A stretch of DNA of 32,547 nucleotides, taken from contig CANFUB010000002.1 in NCBI GenBank assembly GCA_947450015.1, positions 1 through 32,547 of the forward strand, given 5' to 3'. This stretch comes from Bacteroidota bacterium (lineage in GTDB: Bacteria; Bacteroidota; Bacteroidia; NS11-12g; UBA955). Below the pieces are notes generated by a model. The model was not told the origin of the DNA, searched no databases, and was given only the letters and a program-made list of their open reading frames with translations. Below are positions 18,988 through 27,839 of the stretch, one piece after another (the first letter of the stretch is position 1; each line of letters begins with the position of its first letter). A program made the translations under genes and the position numbers.

Positions 18988-19728
18988 ATGGTGGTTATAG
19001 ATTATCTTTTTTACTTTATTTTACTCGCTTTGGTTGCAGAGATACTTGGAACCATTGGCGGTTTTGGCTCCTCTTTGTTTTTTATTCCCATAGCAGGCTA
19101 TTTTCTCGATTTTCATTCTGTACTCGGCATTACTGCGCTTTTTCATGTGTCGAGTAACCTCACTAAAATATTTTTTTTTAGAGAAGGGGTCGATAAAAAA
19201 CTATTAATTAACATTGGTATACCTGCCGTTGTTTTTGTCATCTTAGGTGCTTTTTTAAGTAAGTATATAGGTTCAACCCTCCTTGAATTTATACTCTCTA
19301 TTTTTCTCATACTATTGAGTATGTTTTTCTTAATTTTTAAAAACATAAGCATTCAACCAACCACTGCCAACTCTGTAACAGGGGGTATACTTTCAGGTTT
19401 ATTCGCAGGCTTAGTTGGTACAGGAGGCGCCATTAGAGGCTTAACACTTGCAGCCTATGGCCTTAGTGCCGAAGTGTTCATTGCAACCTCTGCTATAATT
19501 GATTTAGGAATTGATGCATCGCGCAGTGTGGTGTATTTTTTAAATGGGTATGTGCACTACCACGATTTGTATCTCATTCCCATACTTTTTATTGTCAGTG
19601 TAGTTGGCACATATATTGGCAAAAAAATACTCACCAAAGTGAACGATAAACAATTCAAATCCTTGGTGCTCATACTCGTTTTAATTACAGGACTAGTTAC
19701 CTTCATTAAAATGCTCAATCAAATATGA
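18988..19728 (+). CDS. TauE/SafE family (DUF81) anion exporter/permease.
   Basis: 246 aa polytopic membrane protein with duplicated GGxGGG-type motifs (GTIGGFGSS and GLVGTGGAIRG). Confidence 0.75.
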   Translation: MVVIDYLFYFILLALVAEILGTIGGFGSSLFFIPIAGYFLDFHSVLGITALFHVSSNLTKIFFFREGVDKKLLINIGIPAVVFVILGAFLSKYIGSTLLEFILSIFLILLSMFFLIFKNISIQPTTANSVTGGILSGLFAGLVGTGGAIRGLTLAAYGLSAEVFIATSAIIDLGIDASRSVVYFLNGYVHYHDLYLIPILFIVSVVGTYIGKKILTKVNDKQFKSLVLILVLITGLVTFIKMLNQI

Positions 19729-20276
19729 TGGTATTAAAGTCGGAGCGACTTATGCTCAGAGAAATTACCGCAAACGACTTGGACTTTCTGCACCATTTAC
19801 ATTCACTTCCCGAGGTGGATCAATACAATACTTTAGGTATTCCTGAAAATAAATTGATAAGCGAAAAACTGTTAAATGATTGGTTGCTTGCTTTTGCTGA
19901 ATCACCTCGTAAACACTATGTTTTTACAATAGAAAACAGCAATCATTTACCCATTGGCATATTGGGCTTAAATCTTGGAAAACCTAGCTACGCAAATGCT
20001 GAAATATGGTATAAATTAGAACCTGATTTTTGGTCAAGAGGCTATGCCACTGAAGCCGTAAAAACAATTCTTGGTTTTGGTTTTAATCAATTGCAATTAC
20101 ATAGAATTGAGGCGGGATGTGCCGTCGAAAATATTGGCTCGATAAAAGTTCTCGAAAAAGCAGGATTTACAAAAGAAGGTCATACAAGAAAATTACTCCC
20201 TATTCGCGGTGAATGGCACGATAATTTTGGCTTTGCTATTTTAGAAGAAGATTGGCAAAAAATAAAAGCGCACTAA
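19725..20276 (+). CDS. GNAT family N-acetyltransferase (RimJ/RimL-like).
   Basis: The ERLMLREIT N-terminus typical of RimL-type GNATs, plus an acetyl-CoA-binding-like GYATEAV stretch. ATGA start/stop overlap with the upstream permease. Confidence 0.75.
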   Translation: MMVLKSERLMLREITANDLDFLHHLHSLPEVDQYNTLGIPENKLISEKLLNDWLLAFAESPRKHYVFTIENSNHLPIGILGLNLGKPSYANAEIWYKLEPDFWSRGYATEAVKTILGFGFNQLQLHRIEAGCAVENIGSIKVLEKAGFTKEGHTRKLLPIRGEWHDNFGFAILEEDWQKIKAH

Positions 20277-20902
20277 AGCGACTTAATGGCCTTTTTAAAA
20301 TGGCCATAGGCTTCATGAATTTCAGTGTTAAATCCTTTTAATTTTATTTCCGCTTTTTGCTTATTCACCTTTGCATCTGCAATTATTTCATCCACTTTTT
20401 CTGAGGCTTTTTTCATTTCAGATCTGAAGCCTGTTAACACTTTCTCTTTACTACCCCATTTCATTTCGAACAAACGGATTTGCAATCTGGCCTTTTCGGA
20501 AGCGGCTGTAAAAAAATCAGAAACTTTATGGACCTCTGGGTTCTTTTTTATTTCCTCTTTTACCAAATCCATGGCATGCACAATGTTTTTCTTTTGGGCT
20601 TTAAATACTTCTTTAGTTTCTGCTTTCGAAGCCGAGAGTTGCTCCTCAAGGTGGTTTAACTTTTCTTTAAAACCCACCGACCAATCTTTGTTATCATTGT
20701 AAACATCTTTTAAGTCGACCTTAAATTCGTGAACACTTGCTTTTAGCTTTTGTTTAAGCGCCTCAAACTTGTCTTTAATTTCTACTTTTCCTAATGACAA
20801 CTGAACAGCCAAATGATCTAACTCTTGTTGATCCTTCACTAATTGTTCTGCTATTCTGGAAAGCAGTGGTTTTGGTGTCGATTTTTTTGAAGTTGTGGCC
20901 AT
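20273..20902 (-). CDS. Hypothetical K/E-rich, predicted coiled-coil protein.
   Basis: The ORF-track start is TTG at 20923. The ATG at 20902 (MATTSKKS) is preferred because a CAAATATA (= TATATTTG on the coding strand) -7 box lies at 20925-20932, 22 nt upstream. Confidence 0.5.
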   Translation of the reverse strand: MATTSKKSTPKPLLSRIAEQLVKDQQELDHLAVQLSLGKVEIKDKFEALKQKLKASVHEFKVDLKDVYNDNKDWSVGFKEKLNHLEEQLSASKAETKEVFKAQKKNIVHAMDLVKEEIKKNPEVHKVSDFFTAASEKARLQIRLFEMKWGSKEKVLTGFRSEMKKASEKVDEIIADAKVNKQKAEIKLKGFNTEIHEAYGHFKKAIKSL

Positions 20903-21017
20903 GGTATTGTGGATTATTGTCAAACAAATATAAGCCTAATAGAAAGCATTCCGCATGACTTCTATCATAATCCCCAAGAAACAAGGAGATAAGCATTACA
21001 GCGCTTCTTAAAACCCC

Positions 21018-21440
21018 TTAAACATCCATTAAATCAGCGATAATGAACTTTCGCATGGTCATAAATCGCTGGGTAACCTTTCCAGCCGTTTCTGGATTGC
21101 TCATCAGTTTGCCCAGCATGCTCGGCACCACTTGCCACGAAACACCAAATTTATCCTCCAACCAACCACACATGCTTTCCTTACCGCCAGCCGTTAAGTG
21201 ATCCCAGTAATGATCAATCTCTGCTTGGTTATCGCATGAAATCATAAATGAAATGGATTCATTGAATTTGAATTTTGGCCCACCGTTTAAAGCCATAAAT
21301 TTATGGCCATTCAAGTCGAAAGTAACCACGATGGGATTCTCGGATGTAATTTTCGAATTGGGAAAAATACTGCAATAGTATGCGGCCATTTCATTGGCAT
21401 GCCCATCAACCCAAAGGCAGTTTGTGATAGTGTTATTCAT
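21018..21440 (-). CDS. PhnB-like VOC-fold protein (3-demethylubiquinone-9 3-methyltransferase-domain family).
   Basis: 140 aa. The CLWVDG ... AAYYCSIFPNS ... FMALNGGP ... DHYWD ... CGWLEDKFGVSWQV pattern is characteristic of PF06983. Confidence 0.7.
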   Translation of the reverse strand: MNNTITNCLWVDGHANEMAAYYCSIFPNSKITSENPIVVTFDLNGHKFMALNGGPKFKFNESISFMISCDNQAEIDHYWDHLTAGGKESMCGWLEDKFGVSWQVVPSMLGKLMSNPETAGKVTQRFMTMRKFIIADLMDV

Positions 21441-21858
21441 TTACTTGGCTTTCAACAAATTTTTTGAAATTATTCAAAATCGCTTGCCACCCAGCCTGCT
21501 GCAATTCAACGGAATTTTGTTGCTCTGCATCGAACTTTTGAGTCACCACGGTTGTATCACCATTGCTATCCATTTGAACGCTAACCTTTCTACCATCGCC
21601 TAAAACATAAGCAAACGATTCGTGCAGATTTACGGCCGTATATACTCCACCAAAATCGAATCCAAAACTACCGTCCTTGGCTTCCATTCGACTGCTAAAA
21701 ACGCCACCTACTTTCAAATCATTTTCAGCCTTTGGGCTATGCCAATCGTCTGATGCAAAATTCCATTGGGTGATGTAGGCGGGTTCTGTAAAAAAAGCCC
21801 ATGTTCTTTGCAAAGGGGCATGTACGGTTACATTTACTGTTACAACTGTTGGTTCCAT
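21433..21858 (-). CDS. SRPBCC (AHSA1/Bet v1-like) domain protein.
   Basis: 141 aa. The pattern TWAFFTEPAYITQWNFASDDWH ... GGVF ... FGGVYT is typical of Activator-of-Hsp90-ATPase-homolog-like SRPBCC proteins. It overlaps the downstream gene by 8 nt, so the two form an operon. Confidence 0.7.
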   Translation of the reverse strand: MEPTVVTVNVTVHAPLQRTWAFFTEPAYITQWNFASDDWHSPKAENDLKVGGVFSSRMEAKDGSFGFDFGGVYTAVNLHESFAYVLGDGRKVSVQMDSNGDTTVVTQKFDAEQQNSVELQQAGWQAILNNFKKFVESQVNE

Positions 21859-21882
21859 AAAAGATTAATTCACTTAATAATA

Positions 21883-21890
21883 CAAACATA
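21883..21890 (-). promoter_or_regulatory. Candidate -7 box (TATGTTTG on the minus strand) for the SRPBCC/PhnB operon.
   Basis: CAAACATA on the plus strand, 24 nt upstream of the ATG at 21858. No clear -33 TTG. Confidence 0.3.
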
Positions 21891-21999
21891 AGAACTTCTG
21901 TTGAAAATAATGTTACGCGATTATAAATTTTAAAATTGACAAAAATTAATTTAGCAATTTTATTATAATTGGTCAATATAGTTGACTATTTTTAACATT

Positions 22000-22028
22000 A
22001 AAAAAGGGTCGCTCTTTCGAACAACCCT
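22000..22028 (-). terminator. Probable rho-independent terminator for the 22088..27646 gene.
   Basis: On the minus strand: AGGGTTGTTCG-aaag-AGCGACCCT followed by TTTTTT, about 60 nt after the stop. Confidence 0.5.
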
Positions 22029-22087
22029 AATTTATCAACCATATTAAATAAGTACCGGTAGTCAGCCGATAAAATTCACAAAATATC

Positions 22088-25000
22088 TTATCTCAGAAGG
22101 GCAACTATTCCTCTGAAGGTAAATTCGTCATTGTTTTCAAATTGACCAGTTACTTTCCAAACATAATTTTCTTGTTCGCATAACTGACCGTTAAACATAC
22201 CATCCCACTCTTCATTGATGTCGTTGGTTTCAAAAACTTTTTGACCCCATCTGGTGAAAATACTGAAGGTGTAATTGTCTGGTTTAACACTTACTAAAGA
22301 AGGTTTGAAACCATCGTTTCTTCCGTTGTTGTTTGGTGTAAATGCTGTTGGCACATAGCAATAACCTGGCAACATGGTGGTTAAGTATGAAGGCTTAAAT
22401 AAAGTATCAGAACAATTGTAACCATTGGTAGCAATTAAAGTTACACCGAATCTACCACTCACATTTAAAGTGAAGTTAGGGTTTCTCATGTTCGAAGTAT
22501 TTAAAACATTACCAACGCTATCGGTCAAAGTCCATCTTTGAGCAATTGAATTATTGGTTTTGTTATTGATAAAGAAGTTTGCATTCGGCAAGCTCATGAA
22601 ACGTTGATCAACTGTAAAGTCGGCTTTAGGGGTTGGATTCACAGTAATCATACCTGGGTAAGTAACTGTTGTAGAACCACCAACACCAGTTGCAATTAAA
22701 GTAACATCCCAAGTACCTGCAAATTCAAATTTGTGTACTGGATTTTCTTCTTCAGAATCTGCTGAACCATCACCAAATATCCAACGGTAGCTTGTAGCAT
22801 GTGTGGTTGTATTGATAAATTTAACAGTTAATGGTGCGCAACCTTCGAATTTATCGGCACTGAATTTTACAATTGGTTTCGCATTTTGAATGAAGATAGG
22901 TTTTACAATAAAATCTGAACATTGTTTGTTGTAAACTGTAAATCTCACCTCAACATTACCAGCACTTACGTAAGTGTGATCAGGGTCTTTTACAAAATTG
23001 CTTGCATTGTTAACTGAACCATCGCCAAAATCCCACTCGTATTTCAAGTTGTTGACGTTGGTTGAAGTAATCATAGGCTTTCCTACAAATCCAACAATGG
23101 CATTCGGCAACATTGGCTTTCTCATTAAGTAATCGAAATCAGCATGCGGACGCTCAATAACATTAAATACATCATTCCCACTTGTGCTATCTACACAGCC
23201 ATCTTTATCGTAACCAAATAAGATAATGCTGTATGAACCGAATTGGTTGTATACATAGGAAGGATTGATTTCTGTAGATAAACCACCGTCACCAAATTTC
23301 CAGAAATATCTCACTGCATTTACAGATTCATTTTTAAAATCTACAACGCCTTTTTCACAAGCTTCAACTTGGTTTTTGCTAAAACGAATTTTCATTTTAG
23401 GTTTTACCTTAATGGTCATATCAGCCGTATCGGCACAACCATAGTTGTTCTTAACAATTAACTGTACAGAGTAGAAAGTATCAACCACTTCTGAAGAAGG
23501 CAATACTTTCGAGAAACTAGCTGCAGCATAAACGCTACCATCATTGAATGTCCATTCGTTCTGAGTAAAGTTTTTAGATTTATTTACGAATTGGTAGTAG
23601 CCAATATCGCAAGGGTTGTTTCTTGATGCTTTTAAATCGGCAGTTGGACGTGGGTAAACCAATAATATTGAAGTTGCAGTATCATAGCAATTGAAACGTG
23701 ATCTGCGCAAGGTTACTTTTGGTGAATACGTAATATTAGAAAGATTGGTGTATGTATGTGTTACAACATCAGTATAAGCTTCGCCTGTGTTATCGCCAAA
23801 CTCCCAGTAGTCAGTTTTAAACGCTTTAGAACTTTGGCTCATTTTGATGGTTAAATCTGTACAGCCAATCGTTTTGTCTAAAACCATCAAATCTTTTGGT
23901 TTGTTCACCAAATAAACATCGTGTTTTGCGGTGTCTTTGCAACCTGCAGAAGAAACTACTTCAAGTGTTACGTGGTAAATGGTATCTCTGTAGTTTAAAG
24001 GATTGATATAAAATTTATGACGTGGGTTAATTAAACTTGAAGTGGTGTTGTCGCCAAATTTCCAAGTGTATTTGAAACCACCTAATGTGTTATTGATGAA
24101 GTTCACATTTTCTTTAGAACACAATGAATCTTTTGCTAAATCGAAATCAGCATCTGGGCGACCAAGCACTAATACTTGTTGGTAAACTGTATCACTTAAA
24201 CAACCGTATACCGAAGTAACAGCGTGGTTGATATAGTATGTCGTATCGAAAATTTTGATACCTGGCAACACAACCGTTTTAGTTGCACCAGCACCACTCA
24301 TTTGTGTGCCAATACCCCAGAAATAACTGTTAGGATTAACTGAAGCATCGGTTAAATTTACTTGCAAAGGTGCGCAACCTTTTTTAGTTGACATGGTGAA
24401 AGCAGCCACTGGTTTAGGATGCACTGTTACTAAACTTGTAGCAGTGTCTTTGCAACCATATTGACTTGTTGCCTCGTACCATACTTTGTAAGTTGTATCT
24501 TTATTAGTGTAATTGTAATAAACCAAAGAATCATCGCCAGCAAAACTGATTAATGCATTGCCAAATTTCCAGCTGTGGGTTAAAGCACCACCATCGTATG
24601 CTACTGAATTATTAAGTGTCTTAACATTCAAAGGGGTACAACCTTTTACAACGCTTAAATTGAATTTTGCTTTTGGATCAGGGTGCACAGTAATATTCAC
24701 AATGCTGCTGTCTTTGCAACCGTGTTCGCTATAGCCTACCAATTTGGTTTTATAAATGGTATCTCTCGTAAGTGCTGCTTTGAATGATGCACTGAAATTT
24801 TTAGTACTACCTGTTTGTCCATTGCCTGCATTCCAATTGAAAGACATGATGGCAATTGAACCAGTATCACGTGGATTAGATTGGTTATTGAAATTAACTT
24901 TTAATAACTGACAACCGCTTGTTTTATCGGCTACAAAATTAATGAATGGTTGAGGGTAAACTTGAATGCTTTTTGAAATTGAATCATAACAACCATTAGC

Positions 25001-27646
25001 AGTTGTAGTCTTCAAAGACACAGTGTAAAAAGTATCTTTTGTTTTGCTTGCATTGAAAGTAGCAGATGGATTGGTTGCAGTTGAAGTGCTGCCATTGTTA
25101 AAAATCCATTTGTATTGTAAAGTACTTACGTTGTTGTTATTGTTGGTAGTTGATTGGTTAGTAAAACTCACGCCTAATGGACCACAACCATTTACTTTAT
25201 TTGAAACAAATGCAGCTGTAGGACCAGGGAACACTTTCACAATTACAGTTGTAGAATCTTTACAACCTGTCCAGTTGGTTACATTTAATTTTACTGTGTA
25301 AGTAGTATCTCTCTTTTTAGCAGATGCATAATAAGCAGTTGGATTAACATTGTTGCTTGTTGTACCATTGCCTAAATTCCAAGTGTTGGTATAAGCATTG
25401 GTTGAATTATTTTTGAAAACCACTTTTAAAATACCACAACCAGAATCTTTATTTGAAATAATGGCTTTAGGATTTTTAGGGGTGAAGTATACTTTCTCCA
25501 TTGAATCGCCTTGGCATGATGATGCACTTGTAGCAATTAATTTCAAACGTACAATTGTGGTATCGTTGTATAGGATTGAATCTGTTAAATTGGTAGCAGT
25601 AGAAATTAATTTGTTGTTGGCATACCATCTGAAATCTTTACCATAAATACTGGTATTTAAAAACTTGAAGGTAGCAGGCGTACACGCATAGTTTTGGTTG
25701 ATGGTGAATTGTGCTTTTGCACCTGGTTTAATTCTTACAGTTTGGTAAGCGGTATCTTTACAACCTGCACCAGTGCCTGCAATTAATCTAATGTTGAACA
25801 AACCAGCAGTGGTGTATACATGTTTGTAGATACCTTTAACTGTGTCTGTAACCGAAGTGTTATCACCAAAGGTCCAATCGTATTGTTTTGAATTGATTGA
25901 TTGGTTATTGAAACGCAATGAATCGAACGTACAACCAACAGTATCGCCTGATAATTTTGCTTTAGGCAAACCAAAAGCAGTAAACATTTGGCTGAAAGTA
26001 TCTTTACCACAAGTATCGCTCACAATTAAACGCACTGTGTAATTTCCAGCAGTGGTGTATACTTTTGAAGCAGGGTTAGCATTGGTGCTATTTGTACCAT
26101 CACCAAAATCCCATGCATACGTTGGATTTACAAAATATGAAGTAGAAGTATTGGTAAAATTAACTGTTTGAGGAATACAAGTGCTAGAGATGTTTGCAAA
26201 TTTTGCAGTTGGTTTATCATTTACACGGAATGTTTTGATTACTGAATCGGCACCACATTTATTAGCAACCACTAATTTGATGGTATAAACACCAGCGTTG
26301 GTGAATGAATAAGACAACAATGAATCAGTGTATTTGGTTGAACCATTTTTATCTGTGATGGTCCAGGTGCGGGTATAACCTCTGCCTTTAGAAGTGTCTT
26401 TTACATTTACGTTTAAAGGTTTGCAACCTCTGTTAATGTTGTATACAAAACCTGCTTTTGGCTGATGATACACTCTAAGCATTGACTTGAAAGTATCTTT
26501 TCCGCAACCATTTTTTGAAATCAAGGTAATAATGTAATCGCCTTCTTTAGCATATTTATGGTATTGATCAGCTTTGCTGCTGGTCCAACCTACAGTAGTA
26601 CCATCACCAAAATCCCAAAAGTATTCTTTCAAATCTGGCAATAAGCAATATTTGTCATCAGTTGCATTTTGGAAAACAAAGTTCTTTGTAGGATCGCAAG
26701 TTGTGGTAACAATCCATAAGGCTTTGTCTTTATCGCTCACGTCAACTGGATTCCATGTTGCCAATGAACTACCACAAGCATTTTTCGCTTTGATTTGCAA
26801 AATCGCATTACAAACACCCTTTACATATTTGTGGTAAATTGTATCGGCAAAACTTGCAGCTGATTTAGTTTCTCTATCGCCATTACCCCAGTCGATATCG
26901 AAAGTGGTGTTATCAGAAATATTATAAGAAGCGTTTACAATTCTTAAAACGAAAGGCACACAACCTCTATTAGAACCTGATGGAGGACCAACGATACCCG
27001 CGGTAGGTTGTCTTTGGTTATAAGCAGTACCGTATACTGTATCGATACAAGTACCATTCTTGGTAACCACTTTAAAAGTGAACACACCCAATTGGTTATA
27101 TAAATGTGTTTTTACTTTACCTGGCGCAAAATCAACACCGGTAGTATCCATAGTGCCATCGCCCCAAAATATTTTTAATTTCTTTAAGGTATCGCTTGAT
27201 TCAACTTTTACAGAGAATGTATCAGGATCGGCAATGTATTGTATACAGTTAATCCAATAAGGATTGTAAGTACCATTCCCTGATTGATCGACAATTGATT
27301 TTGCATTACTTGAAACAGTAATTGAAGCAGCTGCAGATGAATCGATACAACCACTTGAATCTTTTACAAATAATTTGATGCTATTACTGCCTACTTTTTT
27401 AAGCAATAAAGTAGTTGAATCTAACCCTTTGGTAGAATCCACTAAAATGTTGTTGATTTTCCACCAAAAAGTGGCTTTATTTTTAAAACTTCCAGTAGAG
27501 GTGTTTTTCACCTTTACTATATACGGTAAACCACATGTGTGGGTGGTCGAATAAGTGAACGCTGGTGCGATGTTACACGCATAAGTGTTTTTACCCAACA
27601 AAATTAAAACTACTAAAACTAAACTTTTTAAACTAAAACTTTTCAT
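22088..27646 (-). CDS. Giant secreted protein (1852 aa) with many PKD-like repeats and a T9SS type B sorting domain.
   Basis: Signal peptide MKSFSLKSLVLVVLILLGKNTYAC. More than 15 repeats of about 85-90 aa with W(D/T/K)FGDG(T/S) cores. C-terminal FTPNNNGRNDGF ... IFTRWGQKVFET ... EWDGMFNG ... ALLR. Confidence 0.8.
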   Translation of the reverse strand: MKSFSLKSLVLVVLILLGKNTYACNIAPAFTYSTTHTCGLPYIVKVKNTSTGSFKNKATFWWKINNILVDSTKGLDSTTLLLKKVGSNSIKLFVKDSSGCIDSSAAASITVSSNAKSIVDQSGNGTYNPYWINCIQYIADPDTFSVKVESSDTLKKLKIFWGDGTMDTTGVDFAPGKVKTHLYNQLGVFTFKVVTKNGTCIDTVYGTAYNQRQPTAGIVGPPSGSNRGCVPFVLRIVNASYNISDNTTFDIDWGNGDRETKSAASFADTIYHKYVKGVCNAILQIKAKNACGSSLATWNPVDVSDKDKALWIVTTTCDPTKNFVFQNATDDKYCLLPDLKEYFWDFGDGTTVGWTSSKADQYHKYAKEGDYIITLISKNGCGKDTFKSMLRVYHQPKAGFVYNINRGCKPLNVNVKDTSKGRGYTRTWTITDKNGSTKYTDSLLSYSFTNAGVYTIKLVVANKCGADSVIKTFRVNDKPTAKFANISSTCIPQTVNFTNTSTSYFVNPTYAWDFGDGTNSTNANPASKVYTTAGNYTVRLIVSDTCGKDTFSQMFTAFGLPKAKLSGDTVGCTFDSLRFNNQSINSKQYDWTFGDNTSVTDTVKGIYKHVYTTAGLFNIRLIAGTGAGCKDTAYQTVRIKPGAKAQFTINQNYACTPATFKFLNTSIYGKDFRWYANNKLISTATNLTDSILYNDTTIVRLKLIATSASSCQGDSMEKVYFTPKNPKAIISNKDSGCGILKVVFKNNSTNAYTNTWNLGNGTTSNNVNPTAYYASAKKRDTTYTVKLNVTNWTGCKDSTTVIVKVFPGPTAAFVSNKVNGCGPLGVSFTNQSTTNNNNNVSTLQYKWIFNNGSTSTATNPSATFNASKTKDTFYTVSLKTTTANGCYDSISKSIQVYPQPFINFVADKTSGCQLLKVNFNNQSNPRDTGSIAIMSFNWNAGNGQTGSTKNFSASFKAALTRDTIYKTKLVGYSEHGCKDSSIVNITVHPDPKAKFNLSVVKGCTPLNVKTLNNSVAYDGGALTHSWKFGNALISFAGDDSLVYYNYTNKDTTYKVWYEATSQYGCKDTATSLVTVHPKPVAAFTMSTKKGCAPLQVNLTDASVNPNSYFWGIGTQMSGAGATKTVVLPGIKIFDTTYYINHAVTSVYGCLSDTVYQQVLVLGRPDADFDLAKDSLCSKENVNFINNTLGGFKYTWKFGDNTTSSLINPRHKFYINPLNYRDTIYHVTLEVVSSAGCKDTAKHDVYLVNKPKDLMVLDKTIGCTDLTIKMSQSSKAFKTDYWEFGDNTGEAYTDVVTHTYTNLSNITYSPKVTLRRSRFNCYDTATSILLVYPRPTADLKASRNNPCDIGYYQFVNKSKNFTQNEWTFNDGSVYAAASFSKVLPSSEVVDTFYSVQLIVKNNYGCADTADMTIKVKPKMKIRFSKNQVEACEKGVVDFKNESVNAVRYFWKFGDGGLSTEINPSYVYNQFGSYSIILFGYDKDGCVDSTSGNDVFNVIERPHADFDYLMRKPMLPNAIVGFVGKPMITSTNVNNLKYEWDFGDGSVNNASNFVKDPDHTYVSAGNVEVRFTVYNKQCSDFIVKPIFIQNAKPIVKFSADKFEGCAPLTVKFINTTTHATSYRWIFGDGSADSEEENPVHKFEFAGTWDVTLIATGVGGSTTVTYPGMITVNPTPKADFTVDQRFMSLPNANFFINNKTNNSIAQRWTLTDSVGNVLNTSNMRNPNFTLNVSGRFGVTLIATNGYNCSDTLFKPSYLTTMLPGYCYVPTAFTPNNNGRNDGFKPSLVSVKPDNYTFSIFTRWGQKVFETNDINEEWDGMFNGQLCEQENYVWKVTGQFENNDEFTFRGIVALLR

Positions 27647-27839
27647 ATCACTTGATTGATAATATGTTCAAGTTAGCATCAAAAATTTATTACCACAATC
27701 CTTTTAAAAAAGGTGGTTTTTTTTTCAAAATTTTTTTATAGTGAATTGATTTTTAGTAGCTTTAATTTATTTTACAGGGTTAAAAAAGGTTAAAAAAAGA
27801 ACTTTTTGTTTAATTTTTATTTCGATTTGTTAAACATTT

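Noticed and set aside
25044-27260. Multiple 66-87 aa plus-strand ORFs within the 1852-aa T9SS gene. A 75-aa minus-strand ORF at 25783..26010 lies out of frame inside the same gene.
   Set aside because: The plus-strand ORFs are antisense to a long continuous ORF with a signal peptide and CTD, and the minus-strand one is an alternative-frame overlap, so all are spurious.
22088-27646. Possible nucleotide-level tandem repeats inside the giant PKD gene.
   Set aside because: The repeats are evident at the protein-motif level only, and adjacent modules differ substantially in sequence. I cannot confirm DNA-level periodicity by eye.
27647-27839. Poly-A/T-rich tract (AAAAAAGGTGGTTTTTTTTTT) between the TonB receptor and the giant gene, considered as a terminator.
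   Set aside because: It has only a 2-3 bp potential stem, and it is more likely simple AT-rich promoter or spacer DNA.
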